Below are positions 27,997-42,316 of a DNA stretch of 64,000 nucleotides, piece by piece; position 1 is the first letter of the stretch, and each line of letters begins with the position of its first letter. The notes beneath the pieces are model-generated. The model worked only from the letters and a program-made list of their open reading frames with translations, searched no databases and was not told the origin of the DNA. The DNA is from Eledone cirrhosa (lineage: Eukaryota): positions 278,566,001 to 278,630,000 of the forward strand of contig OZ024742.1 of assembly GCA_964016885.1 (NCBI GenBank). The letters run 5' to 3'. The translations under genes were made by a program, and so were the position numbers.

Positions 27997-28888
27997 GTAT
28001 ACACACATACACGCACACACACATGCGCACACACACACCAACACATATATAGTGTATATATATATATTCATCTTTGTAAAACGTGTACTGAGGTCAGTGA
28101 CCATCAGGACGTTCTTTGGGTGATTTCCTGTAATATATACAAGAAATTTGATGGTATAAAATAACAAAAAATAGCGAGATATAGTTAGGTGTGATAGATA
28201 ATCTAATAAATAAATAAACACAAAATAAAAAAAAAATAAAACATTAAAATATCCAAAAGAAAGAATAACAAAAAATAATTGATGCAGTAAAAGAAAATAT
28301 TGCTGAATATAATAAACGCGGTCTTAATAGTCACAATTTTTGTATATTAGCTATAAAATATTTTGTGACATTGGCTGGATATAGGTGAGTGGATAATATA
28401 TATCCTGTTACTACTACTAATACTACTATTACTACTGCTTCTGCTGCTGCTGTTGCTGCTATTACTACCGTGGCTGTTGCTGTTGTTGTCGTTTTTGGTT
28501 CGCACAACATAAACGTATAGCCAACATAACTATTTTGGTTTTGAAAATGTTCTCTTCGCAACCATGTGTTTTATTGTTCGATCCTGCTTAATTTCAATGA
28601 CAATTAGTTTGAGGGTCCGCATGCTTGCGAAATACTATGATTTTTCCAAATTAATTTAATAAGTCTATTATGCCGTTGATCCATCATAATGAGTAGATAA
28701 TGTTGATTCTGTTGCTATTGCTGAAAGTGGTGGTATTGTTGGTCGTAATCTCCAGGAAAATCGAAAACGTTGGACGCTTGCTTTGCTAAGTGGTAAATAA
28801 TTTGCTTTGCAATCATGAGGTTCTCAGCTCCATACATCTGCATGGGATCTTGTGCAAATGCATTTTATAATACACTCAGTGCGATCAG

Positions 28889-28937
<49 letters not shown>

Positions 28938-28941
<4 letters not shown>

Positions 28942-29078
28942 AAAGAGATGAAATCGAAAATGCAACGGGAGTCTTATTTTTTTTTAAAATATATATATTT
29001 ATTTGGTTCCTTTACCGGTTTCGCAGTTCTTCTGCTTTTCAAAAGGTGAGTTGAGATGGAGGGTCTGTGGTTTTTCTC

Positions 29079-29080
<2 letters not shown>
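28938..29080 (+). repeat. (TA)n-flanked fragment of the 19914-20269 repeat
   Basis: gatgaaatcgaaaatg...taccggtttcgcagttcttctgcttttcaaaag...gagatggaggg matches 19930-20060. Confidence 0.9.
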
Positions 29081-29119
<39 letters not shown>

Positions 29120-29124
<5 letters not shown>

Positions 29125-29290
29125 AGACGAAAAATCAGTGATGCATCTGAACTCAATTTATTGTGTGTTACAATTGTTTCGCCGGCGGACAGCTCGAGAC
29201 ACGATCACTGTGTTAATCCGTCTGATTCTGGATCCGCAGGTTCGACGGACGCGCGAATGATTTCGGACCATATTCTCTCACTGGGGTGTT
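29120..29290 (-). repeat. Decayed member of the long-stem-II hammerhead family
   Basis: Minus strand gcgcgt-CCGTCGA-acctgcgga...gatcgtgtctcgagctgtccgccggc-GAAAC-aatt-GTA-acacac. The 3' half is intact and the 5' core is mutated. Confidence 0.55.
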
Positions 29291-29745
29291 AGCCTCAAAA
29301 ACATGCTCTTCGCGCGTCCTGTTATTGGCTGCTGTTTTTCTACGTCATCGTAATTCTGACCAACAGGTGTCAATTCGACTGACCATCACCAGCTGCCGCG
29401 TTTCTGCCACACTTCGATGGATTACTACTGGGTTTGGTAGTCCACACGTCCACGCGCACACTCACACACACATATACACACACACGCACAAAATCACATA
29501 GGTAACAACATCCGTACGCATAGACTCCCGCTATACACACACACTTAAGCAGAACACATAAAAGTATAGACATACGCATACACAGACGCCTGCCTACATG
29601 CCCATATACATCAACACACACACACACACACACACACACAGGCGCACACATATGCATACGCGTATATATACTCGTATACACAAACATGTAAGAACATAGA
29701 GTGCTCCACCGTCATACCGCCTATGGATCCATCTTTAGCTACCAT

Positions 29746-29883
<138 letters not shown>

Positions 29884-31689
29884 TATATACATACATACTT
29901 ACATATAGATTGGTCCGTTTTGGTCCGTTAATAGGTAGTTGTTTAATAATTGTACTTGCTTGTCAATTAATACTTGTGTACACAGTATTTAGAACTCAAC
30001 GTAATATAGTTTCCAGGCTGTGGTGTAATCAGGGTTGGAGTACTACTGGCCTAGTGACCCCGCCTTACACAAAAATTATAATAGACAACCAACTCACAAA
30101 AATACATGTCACCCCTACTTACAGCATGCAATTGGTATGTCGCCATACATACAAATGGTAAATGCAAAAATCTGACGAGAAATACATAATGTAAATACAT
30201 TAAGGTAATATGGAAATAGAGATATATGTATAATGGTTAAAGGAAATATAATAATATATATGCAATAAGCAGTGTTAAATGTTATATATAAAAAATGCTG
30301 TCATTTTAGTGTCAAGGCTACCACAAAGATTTTAATAAATATACTAAAACTTAGACAAAAACGTATCAAATCCAGTGAAAAACATTACCTAGACTAAGTA
30401 CAGTAAGTTATACCTATAACGGGTTTTAGGGTCAATTCTTAATATACATAATAGAGATCAGAAGGCATTTAGAACATTGACTAAATCCATTATCGATGTT
30501 GTAACTCTATTTATTAGTCGTACATGTTGAACGGATACATTAGGTACAGGTCGTATCTACATGTGTAGGATGTAGTTTGGTCCGCTTCATTGCAAGATGT
30601 AGATGTTGTTAGCAGCGATGAGTGTAGCCTGGTCTTGTCGATAAGAGAGGTGCGTGTAGACTAATGACTCTCTTGGTCACCTCCGCTCACACTGGTGACG
30701 TAGTTCTGGACAGTCGAATTAGTGCGCCGAAGGTTTTGATTGGCTCACACTTCAGCCAACTTACCTCCGTAACACCATTCCTCCGCAGGAGGAAAATACA
30801 TTTTATTCACTGCTACATACCTACTTATAGTGAGATGTATCACTACGATACCTACAACATTTTTTTATTTCCACATCTGAAAAATGTTCAATAAACTCAT
30901 TAACAATTATCTTATCACTGATTTGAACATCATGTAGGCAGAGAGCACTTAGAATGTTTGTACCCTCTGTCATATAGGAATCCCTTCTCAATTCAGCAGG
31001 GAATATTTAGAAAAATCATTAGTCTACCAGATACCTTTTTTTAGGGTGTTGGGGGTTGGGGGCTTGTATGCTAGCAAATCTGCTACTTGAAAGACTTAAT
31101 ATTTGCCGCACATGATTCTCAAAATATTTTGCCAACAGAACAATTTCTTCTTCACAGACAATTTGTGATAAATATAACTGCTTACCACTACTAAGTTTGC
31201 CAAATAATTTCTAGTGTTTCATCAGAAATGATTTAAGTTCCATAATCCCTAAAGAAATTCCAAATGTGTTTAGATCTTATGATCTCATCCTTACCTCCAA
31301 ATGCTATGCCGCTTGGTAATAATTATTGTCAGAGCCACAACATTCAGTCAAGAATTTCTTGTCAGGTATTTCTTGCCCAAAAATAGTAAACTAAACCAAA
31401 CAGTGAGTGTGTTTTACTATGTTTTGGCAACATTAGACTCTCCTCAAATATAAAAATATATAATTAAAAAATATATCATCTTATGTAATTCCCATTGTAT
31501 GTTTTAGAGGACACATAATGTGTGTGTGTGTAACTAGGAAGTCATCGAGCAGTAGAGTAAAAAAAAAGGACAAAAAAAGACAGAATACGTTGCATAGGTT
31601 TCTTACATCCTCTTCATGTTTGTCAATACGTTGATAGTCTGAAATAAGTCAAACATTGGATGTTTGTAATTGTTGTCAACATATGTCTA

Positions 31690-32212
31690 TATGATTGAAC
31701 ATCTGAAAGTATATACTTTCCTTACTTTCCTTACCTTATGCATATTAACGGCTGAGCAGCCTAATTTGCATATCGAGTGAGTTAGTCCGCTGGGCACACC
31801 GAAAACGATAAATGGAAAAGAATGAAACGAAATTTCATTTCTCACTCTTAGTACGGGTGATACCTAAATATAAGTATGTATACGTACATACATATATGTA
31901 TACAGACGCACAGTAGTATGTATATATATACATACATGCACACATACATATACGTACATATGGGTTTACCGAACATTTATTATAATGTTCGGTTTGTTTG
32001 TAAACAAAGAGCCCGAATTACGCTCTACAGTGCTCGGCAACCATCGTCGCTCGGCAACCATAGATATCTAATAAGCTTGAAACGAGTACATCGTTCCCGT
32101 GTTAGTGTTGAACAAAAGGGCGACGATAGTTGCCGAGCACTGTACGGCGTAATTCGGGCTGTTTGTTTACAAACAAACCGAACATTATAATAAATGTTCG
32201 GTAAACCCATAC

Positions 32213-32297
<85 letters not shown>

Positions 32298-32359
32298 AAT
32301 GTATATATATACATACTACTGTGCGTCTGTACACATATATGTATGTACGTATACATACT

Positions 32360-32362
<3 letters not shown>
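31690..32362. mobile_element. Second locus of the 434-bp hammerhead repeat, again as an inverted pair
   Basis: 31690-32060 matches the unit in minus orientation. 32063-32362 is the plus orientation, starting inside the hammerhead (gatatctaataagcttgaaacgagtacatcgt), and ends in (TA)n. Confidence 0.9.
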
Positions 32363-32443
<81 letters not shown>

Positions 32444-32881
32444 AAGAATGAAGAGTAACATGGTTGGCTGTACAATATGGGGTGTTATTTCAAGTACTGA
32501 CAATTGTTTCATTGATCAGGTGAGTCTAGAAGTCGCTAAACGCTTAACGTTGCGTCACTCCATCTCCAATACATTATTTACCTCTGATCAACACATCAGA
32601 GTACGTAGATATAAAAATAATTCACTCGAGGCAAGAAATATATAGAAGAATAGCGTATAATTAAAACAATTATATCAATAATAAAATATATATGGTAAAT
32701 AGGTAGAGAAGTTACAGATGTAAAAAGTAAAAATGCAAAAGATAAGATAGGTTACATTAAAAAAGTAAGAAAGTAAGAAAATGGAAAATATAAATAAATA
32801 AATAAGGATAAGTGAGAGCATGTAAGTACAGAGTATGTTTGTGGTGGTGGTGACGATAACTTGTAACGATAACTTGTTATC

Positions 32882-32965
<84 letters not shown>

Positions 32966-33009
32966 CACAGAAAAAAGAGAATCACTGTTGCGACGAATGG
33001 AATTTATTG

Positions 33010-33104
33010 GACATATTACAATAGTTTCTCTGGCAACCAGCTCGAGGTACGATCGTGTGATGATCGAACCTGACTCTGAAAATCGCACGCTCCTCAGATA
33101 CGTC
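33010..33104 (-). ncRNA. Type I hammerhead with a long stem II insert
   Basis: Minus strand gacgtat-CTGAGGA-(about 62 nt)-GAAAC-tatt-GTA-atatgtc. 7-bp stem I, weak base of stem II. Lies in a TA/CA-flanked element that ends in an 18-bp-arm hairpin (33161-33202). Confidence 0.65.
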
Positions 33105-33223
33105 TTGATTCGAGGAAGCAGACTTTGCTATGTCCTTTTACATCGATATCCTTCGCCTGTCGGCTTAGATCCTGTTGTAGAATGACAACAGGATCTAAGC
33201 CGGACACACGCACACACACACGC

Positions 33224-33655
<432 letters not shown>

Positions 33656-33847
33656 CTAAAAGAGTAAAAGTGTAAGTATTTATGCAGTGATATGTATTAT
33701 CTTCGGAGAATTAAAAAAAAAAAAAAAAAAAAAAAAAATCGCTATCTACATGTTTACCCACATAACTATCTTCCGAACTATGTATGTATATATGTATCTA
33801 CCTACTGATTTAAAAATCTATATATGTATTTATTTATGCATATATGC

Positions 33848-33848
<1 letters not shown>

Positions 33849-33923
<75 letters not shown>
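33849..33923. repeat. (TATC)n at the 5' flank of the LINE
   Basis: Pure tetranucleotide run ending directly before ggaatggacac. Confidence 0.95.
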
Positions 33924-34100
33924 GGAATGGACACACGCGTAAAACTTGCTGGGTAAGTTCTGCCTAAATTTCCATAGAAATTCCAAACTGTAAACTTTCA
34001 TTTTTGTACCAGTTTGTAGAGGGACTGCCAGGTCAAATTTTGATCTGGTCAGTTTCTCAAATTATTCTACGTCTTTAGGCGAAATTATGTCGAAAAAAAA

Positions 34101-35860
34101 ATGTTAGCTTTCGAAAAATATCCTACTTTGATAAAAATGGCTGAAGCATCTTCACCATCATTCAAAGAAAGAAAAGGGAAGCTAAACTCACAGCTCCCCC
34201 CTGCCACTGTCACAGCAGCAGATGCCAAAGGCAGAGGTCAGCAAAAGGTAGAACTTTCTCCACCTGTTGACCGACAACTTGACGTAGCCACAACTATACA
34301 AGAAACTGAAAACAACAATAACAACAACGACAACAACAGCAACAATAAAGACAACAAAAACAACAACAACACCAACAACAATGATAACAACAACACCACC
34401 AACTACAACAGCAACACAAACAAGGAAAAGGTCTCCTTCGCCCAGACGGCAAGGAAAACCCTCGACTATCTGCCAGTAAATATAAGCAAAGCGAAGGAGC
34501 TAGTGGCAGATGCCAAAAAATACATAGTGTACGGGGAAAATGGATCATTTTCGATCCACCCCCCCGGAACTAAAAAGTCAGAGACTCCTAAACACAGTGA
34601 TGTTATGGACAGTGTTAAATAAAACGAAAAAAACAGCTCAACCATCACAGAGTGAGATAGAGCTGGTCTTAAAAGATGTAATGAAATACATTCTGTTCAT
34701 ACAAAAGGATAGACTCTATGGGAGTCTATCCATTCTCATGAAGGACCAGGACACCGCGAAAAAACTTTCGGTAAAAGCAATTACATACACCGCATACACC
34801 TTCTACCCTATGTACATGGGTAGAAGGGCGCAGAAAATAAAAATACACACCATCCTTCCAATTATGAACATATGGTGGGTGTTAACAGGTTTTCTTGACC
34901 TGGACGATGACATATTAATATCCATGGGAAAAGCATCGGGTGACGCGTTCAGTGGAACGGGCCTCGAACTATTAAATGAGGCCCGAAAGGATCGCCCAGA
35001 TCTCTGAACGCATCATACTGGATGACTAAACTTTTATCAACATTACCGTTCAGGGTAGGCTGCCCTCGTGTTACTTCTGTGGAGCCAGAGGTCACCTGAG
35101 GGCTGTCAGTCCTCAAATTAAAAATAAAACCCCAATCCTGTTTACACCACCAACAACTGCACAACCAATATAATCAGCACAACCACCACTACAAAAACAA
35201 CTATCACAGCTCAAACCAAAACAAAACACCGTCCAACCCATCCCCCACACTAAAAAAAAAACAATTTCCGAAACACCCGCACCGCAAACACAACCCGAAA
35301 ATTTACCGCTACCCTCCAACACGGAAGATGATCTTCGTTCGTCGTCAGACGAGGAGGAGCACTTCCACACAATCAAAAGAAAAAAAAGAAAACACACCTC
35401 AGAAACACAAATGAAACAACCCCTCCCCAAAACATAACACAGACACCAACACAAAAGAGCACACAACAACAGCAAACAAAAAACACCACACAAAATACAA
35501 AAAAACATGCATACACATACATAAACACAAGAAATAAAAAAATACTAAACATTATATACAACAATTTATTAAAAACCCAAGGGCCTAACTTCACCCAGGC
35601 AGGGGATTTCCCCCACCTCAAAATGATTAAGGCCCCACATATAAAACACAAAAAACAACTTTAAAGGGAATGTGCACCCCCCCCCCTGCCTCGGGCCCAT
35701 TAACCGCGTCCTCCTAACACATTTCCTCACCCCCTTCCCAAACACCCCAACCACACAACACACTGATGCCCCTACACTTCCACAAACCACCATCCCACCC
35801 AACAACCCATCCCCCACCCTCATGGAAATTGTGCAGCCCGATTCCCGGGTTGCAGAGAGG
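34101..35860 (+). pseudogene. LINE ORF1 (gag-like, CCHC knuckle), frameshifted
   Basis: Fragments 34101-34622 and 34540-35007. ITVQGRLPSCYFCGARGHLRAVSP at about 35042-35115 (last Cys replaced by Ser). Low-complexity N/T/P-rich tracts. Confidence 0.75.
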
Positions 35861-35887
35861 TAAGTGCCTTTTCTCTACACCACCAAC

Positions 35888-38800
35888 ATGGCTATGCTAA
35901 GAGTAGGCTGTCTAAATGCGCGTGGACTGGGCTCAACTTGGAAGCAAGAAATGCTTCTAAATGACCTCAGGTCACAACGTATAGATGTGATGGTTATTTG
36001 CGAGGCCCGGATCAGCAACGTGCGACAGCTGGCCCCCACCTTTGATGACTTTGAGATGCACGCATCTCTCTGTCAGCCCAGAGGTGGGTTGGGGTTGTCG
36101 TTCTGCTGCAAAAACATCTGGGTCTCGCAACACAGACGGTTCATTTGGACCCGGAGGGTCGACTAGTGGTTCTGGACCTTGGCAGTGGTGAAGGCGGAGC
36201 GTTTAGGCTGGTAGCCGTCTACGGCCCTTTCGAGTCAATGCGGCCGGACTTCTTACATCGTCTGGAGACTTTTCTAGCGACGTTCCGCTCCGTGCTATTA
36301 GTGGGAGACTGGAATGGTATCCTAGATGCACGTTGGAAATACGTAGAGGCCTGTCCTGATAGAGAGGGGAGTAACAGCCTCAAAGGGTTAATCGGTCGAT
36401 TTGACCTGGCCGATAGATATCGATTAGATTTTCCGACTGCGCCAACCTGGACTTGGGCGAACTGCAGCGGATCATCTAGGACTTTTTAAGTTGTTCAAAA
36501 ATGCGCATGGTTGGCTATTCAGACCACAAGTTAGTGACCTGCATGGTCAACCTTGACAGAACGCATAGACAGGGACCCGGTTACTGGAAGCTCAACTTGT
36601 CCTTACCGCCAAGTAAGGCTTACAGGGACCGGATTAGCACTTTAGTTAAGGAGCGGTTGACGGGCGCCATTGTCAACAGCAGGTGGTGGGGATCTCTCAA
36701 AAGAGAGATTAGAGTAGTCTCTATAGAATTTAGTAAGGAGTTAGCCTCAAATAGAAATAGGAAGGAAAGGGAGTTGGTATATAGTGTAGAAGAGGCAATT
36801 AGAAGCGGCGATGTGGCCAGAGTGCTAGCGTCGAGAACTGCCCTGGGCCAGTTCTTCGACGCGAAACACGAAGGCTGCATCGTTCGAAGCAAAATACGTG
36901 TTCTGGGAAACGAGGGGACTAAAGTTGTTAGCTGGGCCCGCGTGACAGAAGCCAAAAGAGGGAGTAGATCCACTATCCGGTCTTTGCAAGACCAGGATGG
37001 ACGGGTGATCCTTGAACCTAAGCAGATGTGCGAGGCTTTTCAAAAGCATTTTGCCAGATTGTTCAGAAGGGGTGGGGAGCCGGTTGGAGAAGTGGACTTC
37101 GGTCCATATCTCGACGGCCTGCCGCGTCTCTCGGACAGGGAGGCGAAGTTCTGCGAGGAGCCTATTTCAGCCGCTGAGATAGAGGACGTGCTGAACCAAT
37201 GCGCCAAACGCAAATCCCCGGGTCTCGATGGTCTCCCATACGAACTATATCTAGCTATGCCGGACCTGTTCCCCGATCTCCTCGAGGCGGTCTACTGCAA
37301 CTGGCAACAGAACGAGAGAATTCCCTGTGCTGTGATAAAGGGCGTAGTGAGGCTAGTGAGGAAGGACGAGAACAAGGGGGACGATATAAATAATTTCAGG
37401 CCCATAACTCTGCTAAATACAGAGTTACAGATTTTGGCCAAGGTGCTAGCAAAGAGGTTGGCGCTTGTCGTGGGCAACCTGGTGGGAGATGCGCAGACAT
37501 GTGCTATCCCGTCCAGGTCCATTCACGACAACCTCCACCTCATGCGATACATCATGGAGAGGGTTGGGAACGACCCGGCTTTAGTGGGGCCCTGATCAAC
37601 TTGGATCAATCTAAGGCGTTCGATAGGGTCGACCATGGTTACCTGGATGAGGTGCTAGCGGCGGCAGGCTTCGGATCCTTTTCAGGGGCTGGATCAATGC
37701 CATGCACAACAGCCGCATCCGCTCTAGGTTCAAGGTGAACGGCTACCTCTCGGAGCCGTTCGAAATCGCGAGGTCCATCCGTCAAGGGTGTCTTCTGTCC
37801 CCCCTTCAGTATGTAGTGACTCTAGAGCCACTGCTGCGGAAGTTGGAGTTGTTGCAGGGCATCCCCTGGAACCGGGATTGCGGAAAGCAGTGTCAGCCTA
37901 CGCCGATGACGTAACCGTAATGGTGTCGACGCTCTCGGAAATCGGGGCGATCGGCACCTTACTGGAGAAGTACGAAAGATTTACAGGGGCTAAGCTGAAC
38001 CGGGACAAGTCGATCGGTCTGCAACTCGGCACGTGGAGGGCCAAATCGATGCTCTCCGATGGCGTCGTCGGGCGCTGGACGGAAGGCCCGGTGAAGTTGC
38101 TCGGGGTCTGGTTCGGACCAGACCTCCAGGTGGAGAAGAACTGGGGTGAGGTAACGAACAGGCTGTTTGCACTGACCCAGAAGTGGGCCGAGTGCAAATT
38201 GTACCTGAAAGGTCGGGCGGAGGTGGCGAACACTTATATAGCGTCCGTCATCTACTACCGCCTCACCGTTGTGCCTTGCCCAAAGGAAACGCTCGCCAAA
38301 ATTGAGCGCGCACTCTTCCAATTCCTTTGGAAGAAGCGGGCTCCTATGGTGAGAAAATCCATCTGCTGTCAACACCCTTCGAAAGGAGGGCTGGGGCTGC
38401 CGTGGCTGATGATGCGTAAACACGCATTAAGGCTACGGCACCTCCAGGTATTCCTCACCGGTCAACCGGTGTTGGCCCCGTTTGTGAGGCGAGCCTTTCC
38501 CAGACTAGTCTCCCTCACCGAGCTGCAATCCTGGGTCAAGCAAAGACCGTGAAAACTGGGCGCCTGGCACACCGAGTGTGCCCAGGCGCTCATGGCTCTC
38601 ACGGCTCTCTGGCAGGCGGACCCGGGTGTCAGTGGAGAATCCACCTCGTCATTCTATAGAGGGATGGTGGTTATCAGGTGCGACGACGCCCCCGGAGAAG
38701 CCCTAGGCATGGAGGAAAACGAACTGGCCAACCTGTTCTGTAGGACATTCAGCCCGGACCCATGGATAACTTCCAGAGGTCCCTGGCCTGGAAGTGCTAC

Positions 38801-39271
38801 CGAGGGGCTCTGCCCGTTCGAGAAAGGCTCTACAGACACGGGCGCCCGGGTAAGACCCCCTCGAAAATGATCCGTCCCAGATGCGTGTGCGACGAGGAAA
38901 CCGTTCCACACGCATTGGTACACTGCTCGGGCATTGCCGATCTGTGGGGCTATGTCGAACGACTGTTGTCAAGGGTGGGACCGATCCGATTGACCACCGA
39001 GTCTATTGTAACGTTCAAGCCGACTCCTCTCTTCAAAAACGAAGGAGAGGCGGTGTTTCTGTGCGTAATAGCCATGGCGAAAGAGGTTGTATGGTGGACG
39101 CGTCTGAAAGGACTGAGGTCAGATACCTTTCTTTCTGGCCAACAATTGGTCCGTTTCTTCCGATATCATTTCGGAAAAAGGATCATAATGGAGAGAGAGG
39201 TTCTGCACCCCAGCCTTTTCTATGAAAGATGGGTGAAAGTGGCGAGAATGGCCCGTGTGAATGGGCCTTAA
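35888..39271 (+). pseudogene. LINE ORF2: APE endonuclease, reverse transcriptase and C-terminal zinc finger, with multiple frameshifts
   Basis: VGCLNARGL, GDWN, YSDH, GPGYWKLN, KSPGLDG, NFRPITLLN, DQSKAFDRV, IRQGC, YADD, GGLG and ETVPHALVHC are spread over several frames. A 23-nt tandem duplication (39247-39292) creates the terminal stop. Confidence 0.93.
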
Positions 39272-39565
39272 TGGCCCGTGTGAATGGGCCTTCACTCTAC
39301 ATCAGACTGTAGCTGAGAAAGATGAAAGATCAAGGGAGCACCTTCTCTCTGTGCACCTGAGGAGAAGGGTTGCACACTTTTTTCGGGGGTGTGTGCCTCC
39401 TCCCTATTGAGGATTTTGTTATTCAATTTATTTTTGTTATATTTTATATTTTATATTTTTATATTTTGTTATTGCCTCCTCCTTAGTGAGGACGCCTTTT
39501 TATGTAAACTCCCCCCATTGTACTTGTCCCTCTCTTTGATGCCCTGGTGGCAAATAAAAAGAAAG

Positions 39566-39566
<1 letters not shown>

Positions 39567-39642
<76 letters not shown>

Positions 39643-39643
39643 C

Positions 39644-39686
<43 letters not shown>
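39567..39686. repeat. (TATC)n between the two LINE copies
   Basis: Tetranucleotide run of about 120 bp. Confidence 0.95.
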
Positions 39687-41572
39687 GGCCCATAACCCTG
39701 CTAAACACAGAGTTAAAGATTTTGGCCAAGGTGTTAGCAAAGAGGTTGGCACTTGTCGTGGGTGGCCTGGTGGGAGATGCGCAGACATGTGCTATCCCAT
39801 CCAGGTCCATTCACGATAACCTCCACCTCATGCGATACATCATAGAGAGGGTTGGCAACAAACCCGGCTTCGGTGGGGCCCTGATCAACTTGGATCAGTC
39901 TAAAGCCTTCGATAGGGTCGACCATAGTTACCTAGATGAGGTGCTAGCGGCGGCTGGGTTCGGTCCTGTTTTCAGAGGCTGGATCACTGCCTTACATAGC
40001 AACCACATCTGTTCTAGGATCAAGGTGAACGGCTACCTTTCGAAGCCGTTCGAAATCACACGATCCATTCGACAGGGGTGCCCTCTCTCCTCCCTTCTGT
40101 ACGTATTGACTCTCGAGCCTTTACTGAGGAAGTTGGAGTTGTTGCAGGGTATGCCTCTGGAACCAGGATTGAGCAAAGCGGTGTCGGCCTACGCCGATGA
40201 CGTAACAGTAATGGTATCGACTGACTCGGAGATCGAGGCGATCGGTACCTTACTGGAGGATTACGAAAGGTTGTCAGGAGCGAAACTGAACCGGGAAAAA
40301 TCCATCGGGCTGCAACTCGGAACGTGGAGAGGCAGACCGATGCCTCCCGACGGTGTCGACGGACACTGGACGGAGGGCCCGGTGAAGTTGCTTGGGGTCT
40401 GGTTTGGACCGGAGCTCCAGGTGGAAAAGAACTGGAACGAGGTTACGAACAAGGTGTTTGCACTAACCCAGAAATGGGCCAAGTGTAAGCTGTCCCTAAA
40501 AGGCCGGGCGGAGGTGGCGAACATTTACATAGCGTCCGTCACTTACTACCGCCTGACTGTCGTGCCTTGCCCTAAGGAAACACTCACCACCATGGAACGC
40601 ATGCTCTTCCAATTTCTTTGGAAGAAGCGCCCTCCTATGGTGAGAAGATCCATCTGCTGCCAACAACCTTCGAAAGGGGGGCTGGGGATGCCGTGGTTGA
40701 TGATGCGTAGGCACGCATTAAGGCTACGGCACCTACAGGTATTCCTCACTGGTCAACCGGTGTGGGCTTCGTTCGTGAAACGAGCCTTTCCGAGACTCGT
40801 CTCGCTCACCGAGCTGCAGTCCGGGGTCAAGCAAAGATCCGGAAAACTGGGAGACTGGCACACTGAGTGTGCTCAGGCGCTCAGGGCTCTCTGGCAAGCG
40901 GGCCAAGCCGTCGGTGGAGAATCCACCTCATCATTCTATAGAGGGCTGGTGGCTAGCAGGGGCGATGACACCCTTGGAGAGTCGCTGGACATGGAAGAGG
41001 ACGATCTGGCCAGCCTGTTTGGTAGGACTTTCGGCCCGGGACCAATGGACAACTTCCAGAAGTCACTAGCCTGGCAGTGCTACCGGGGGGCTCTACCCGT
41101 TCGAGAGAGGCTCTACAGACACGGGTGCTCGGGCAGGGATCCCTCGAAAAAGATTTGCCCTAGATGCGTGCGTCACGAAGAAACCGTTGCGCACGCATTG
41201 GTGCAATGTCCGGGCGTGGCTGATCTGTGGGGCTACGCCGAACGACTGCTGTCGCGGGTGACGCCGATTCAATTGACCGCCGAGTCCGTGATGACAATCA
41301 AACCGCCTCCCCTCTTCACAAATGAAGCAAAGGCGGTTTTTCTGTGCGTAATAGCCATGTTGAAAGAGGTTGTTTGGTGGACACGATTGAAAGGTCTGAG
41401 GTCAGGCAACTTCCTCTCTGGCCATAGTCTGGTCTACTTCTTCCGATATCACTTCGGAAGAAGGATAAGAATGGAGAGAGAGGTGCTTGGCCACAGGCAG
41501 TTTTATGAAAGGCGGGTGATAGTGGCGAGAATGGCTCGTGTAAATGGGCCTTCTCTGTATACCATCCTGTAG
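39687..41572 (+). CDS. Uninterrupted RT plus C-terminal zinc-finger reading frame (5'-truncated ORF2)
   Basis: About 628 codons without a stop: RPITLLN, DQSKAFDRV, IRQGCPLS, YADD, CPRC...ETVAHALVQC. The upstream part of the 727-aa track ORF is 3' UTR and microsatellite read-through. Confidence 0.85.
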
Positions 41573-41790
41573 GTAAAGAAGTAAAGGAGAGGGGAGCACC
41601 TTCTCCATGTGCTCCCCGGGCAAAGGATTGCACACTTTTTCGTGGGTGTGTGCAACCCCCATCACGTCCCCTCCCTTTTGAGGTTATTTTCGATTATTTT
41701 CATTTTATACCCTTTTTACTCGATTGTATGTAAACTCCCCCTTTGTATTTGTCCCTTCTTTTATGCCTTTATGGTAAATAAAGAAATATA
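39687..41790 (+). mobile_element. 5'-truncated second Tx1-clade copy (different subfamily)
   Basis: Begins at RPITLLN directly after (TATC)n, is colinear with but diverged from 37398-39566, has AATAAA at 41777, and is followed by (TATC)n at 41793-41888. Confidence 0.93.
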
Positions 41791-41826
41791 TGTATCTATC
41801 TATCTATCTATCTATATATCTATCTC

Positions 41827-41889
<63 letters not shown>

Positions 41890-42316
41890 GGCTTGCTGTC
41901 GGTCTACCTATCTATCTCTTCTTTACGTATCTAACCATCTATATATGTATACTTCATATTTTAAAATAATTTATTCATAACGTATTTGCTGATGTCATTT
42001 TAATAGGTTTTTAAATTAACCATTTACAATATACTATCATATGAGAAGCCAGCGAAATAACAAGTTACATACATTTTGTAGAATTCTATAGCGGTAGCCA
42101 CAATATAGGCCACAATAACACTCATACAGTGAGAGCAGCAGAAAATAGCCTGAAAAGCCAGGAAAGAAGCAAAATAGAGATTCTAAAGAGACAAGAGAGG
42201 GAGATAGAAAGAGAGAAAGAGAGAAAGGGAGAGAGAGGGGACTAGAAGAGAGAGAGAGCGAGAGCGAGGTGGTGAAGAAGGCCACTTCTTGAAAGTGCCT
42301 GATCTATACTTTAGAA

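Larger units (their letters stand above)
33924..39566 (+). mobile_element. Full-length Tx1/L1-clade non-LTR retrotransposon (disrupted)
   Basis: ORF1, then APE-RT-zinc-finger ORF2, 3' UTR, AATAAA at 39553, and (TATC)n on both sides. Confidence 0.92.

Noticed and set aside
39389-39686. N-terminal 100 aa of the 727-aa ORF, suggesting a membrane-anchored RT fusion
   Set aside because: It is the first LINE's 3' UTR plus (TATC)n read through in frame by chance, with a non-ATG start.
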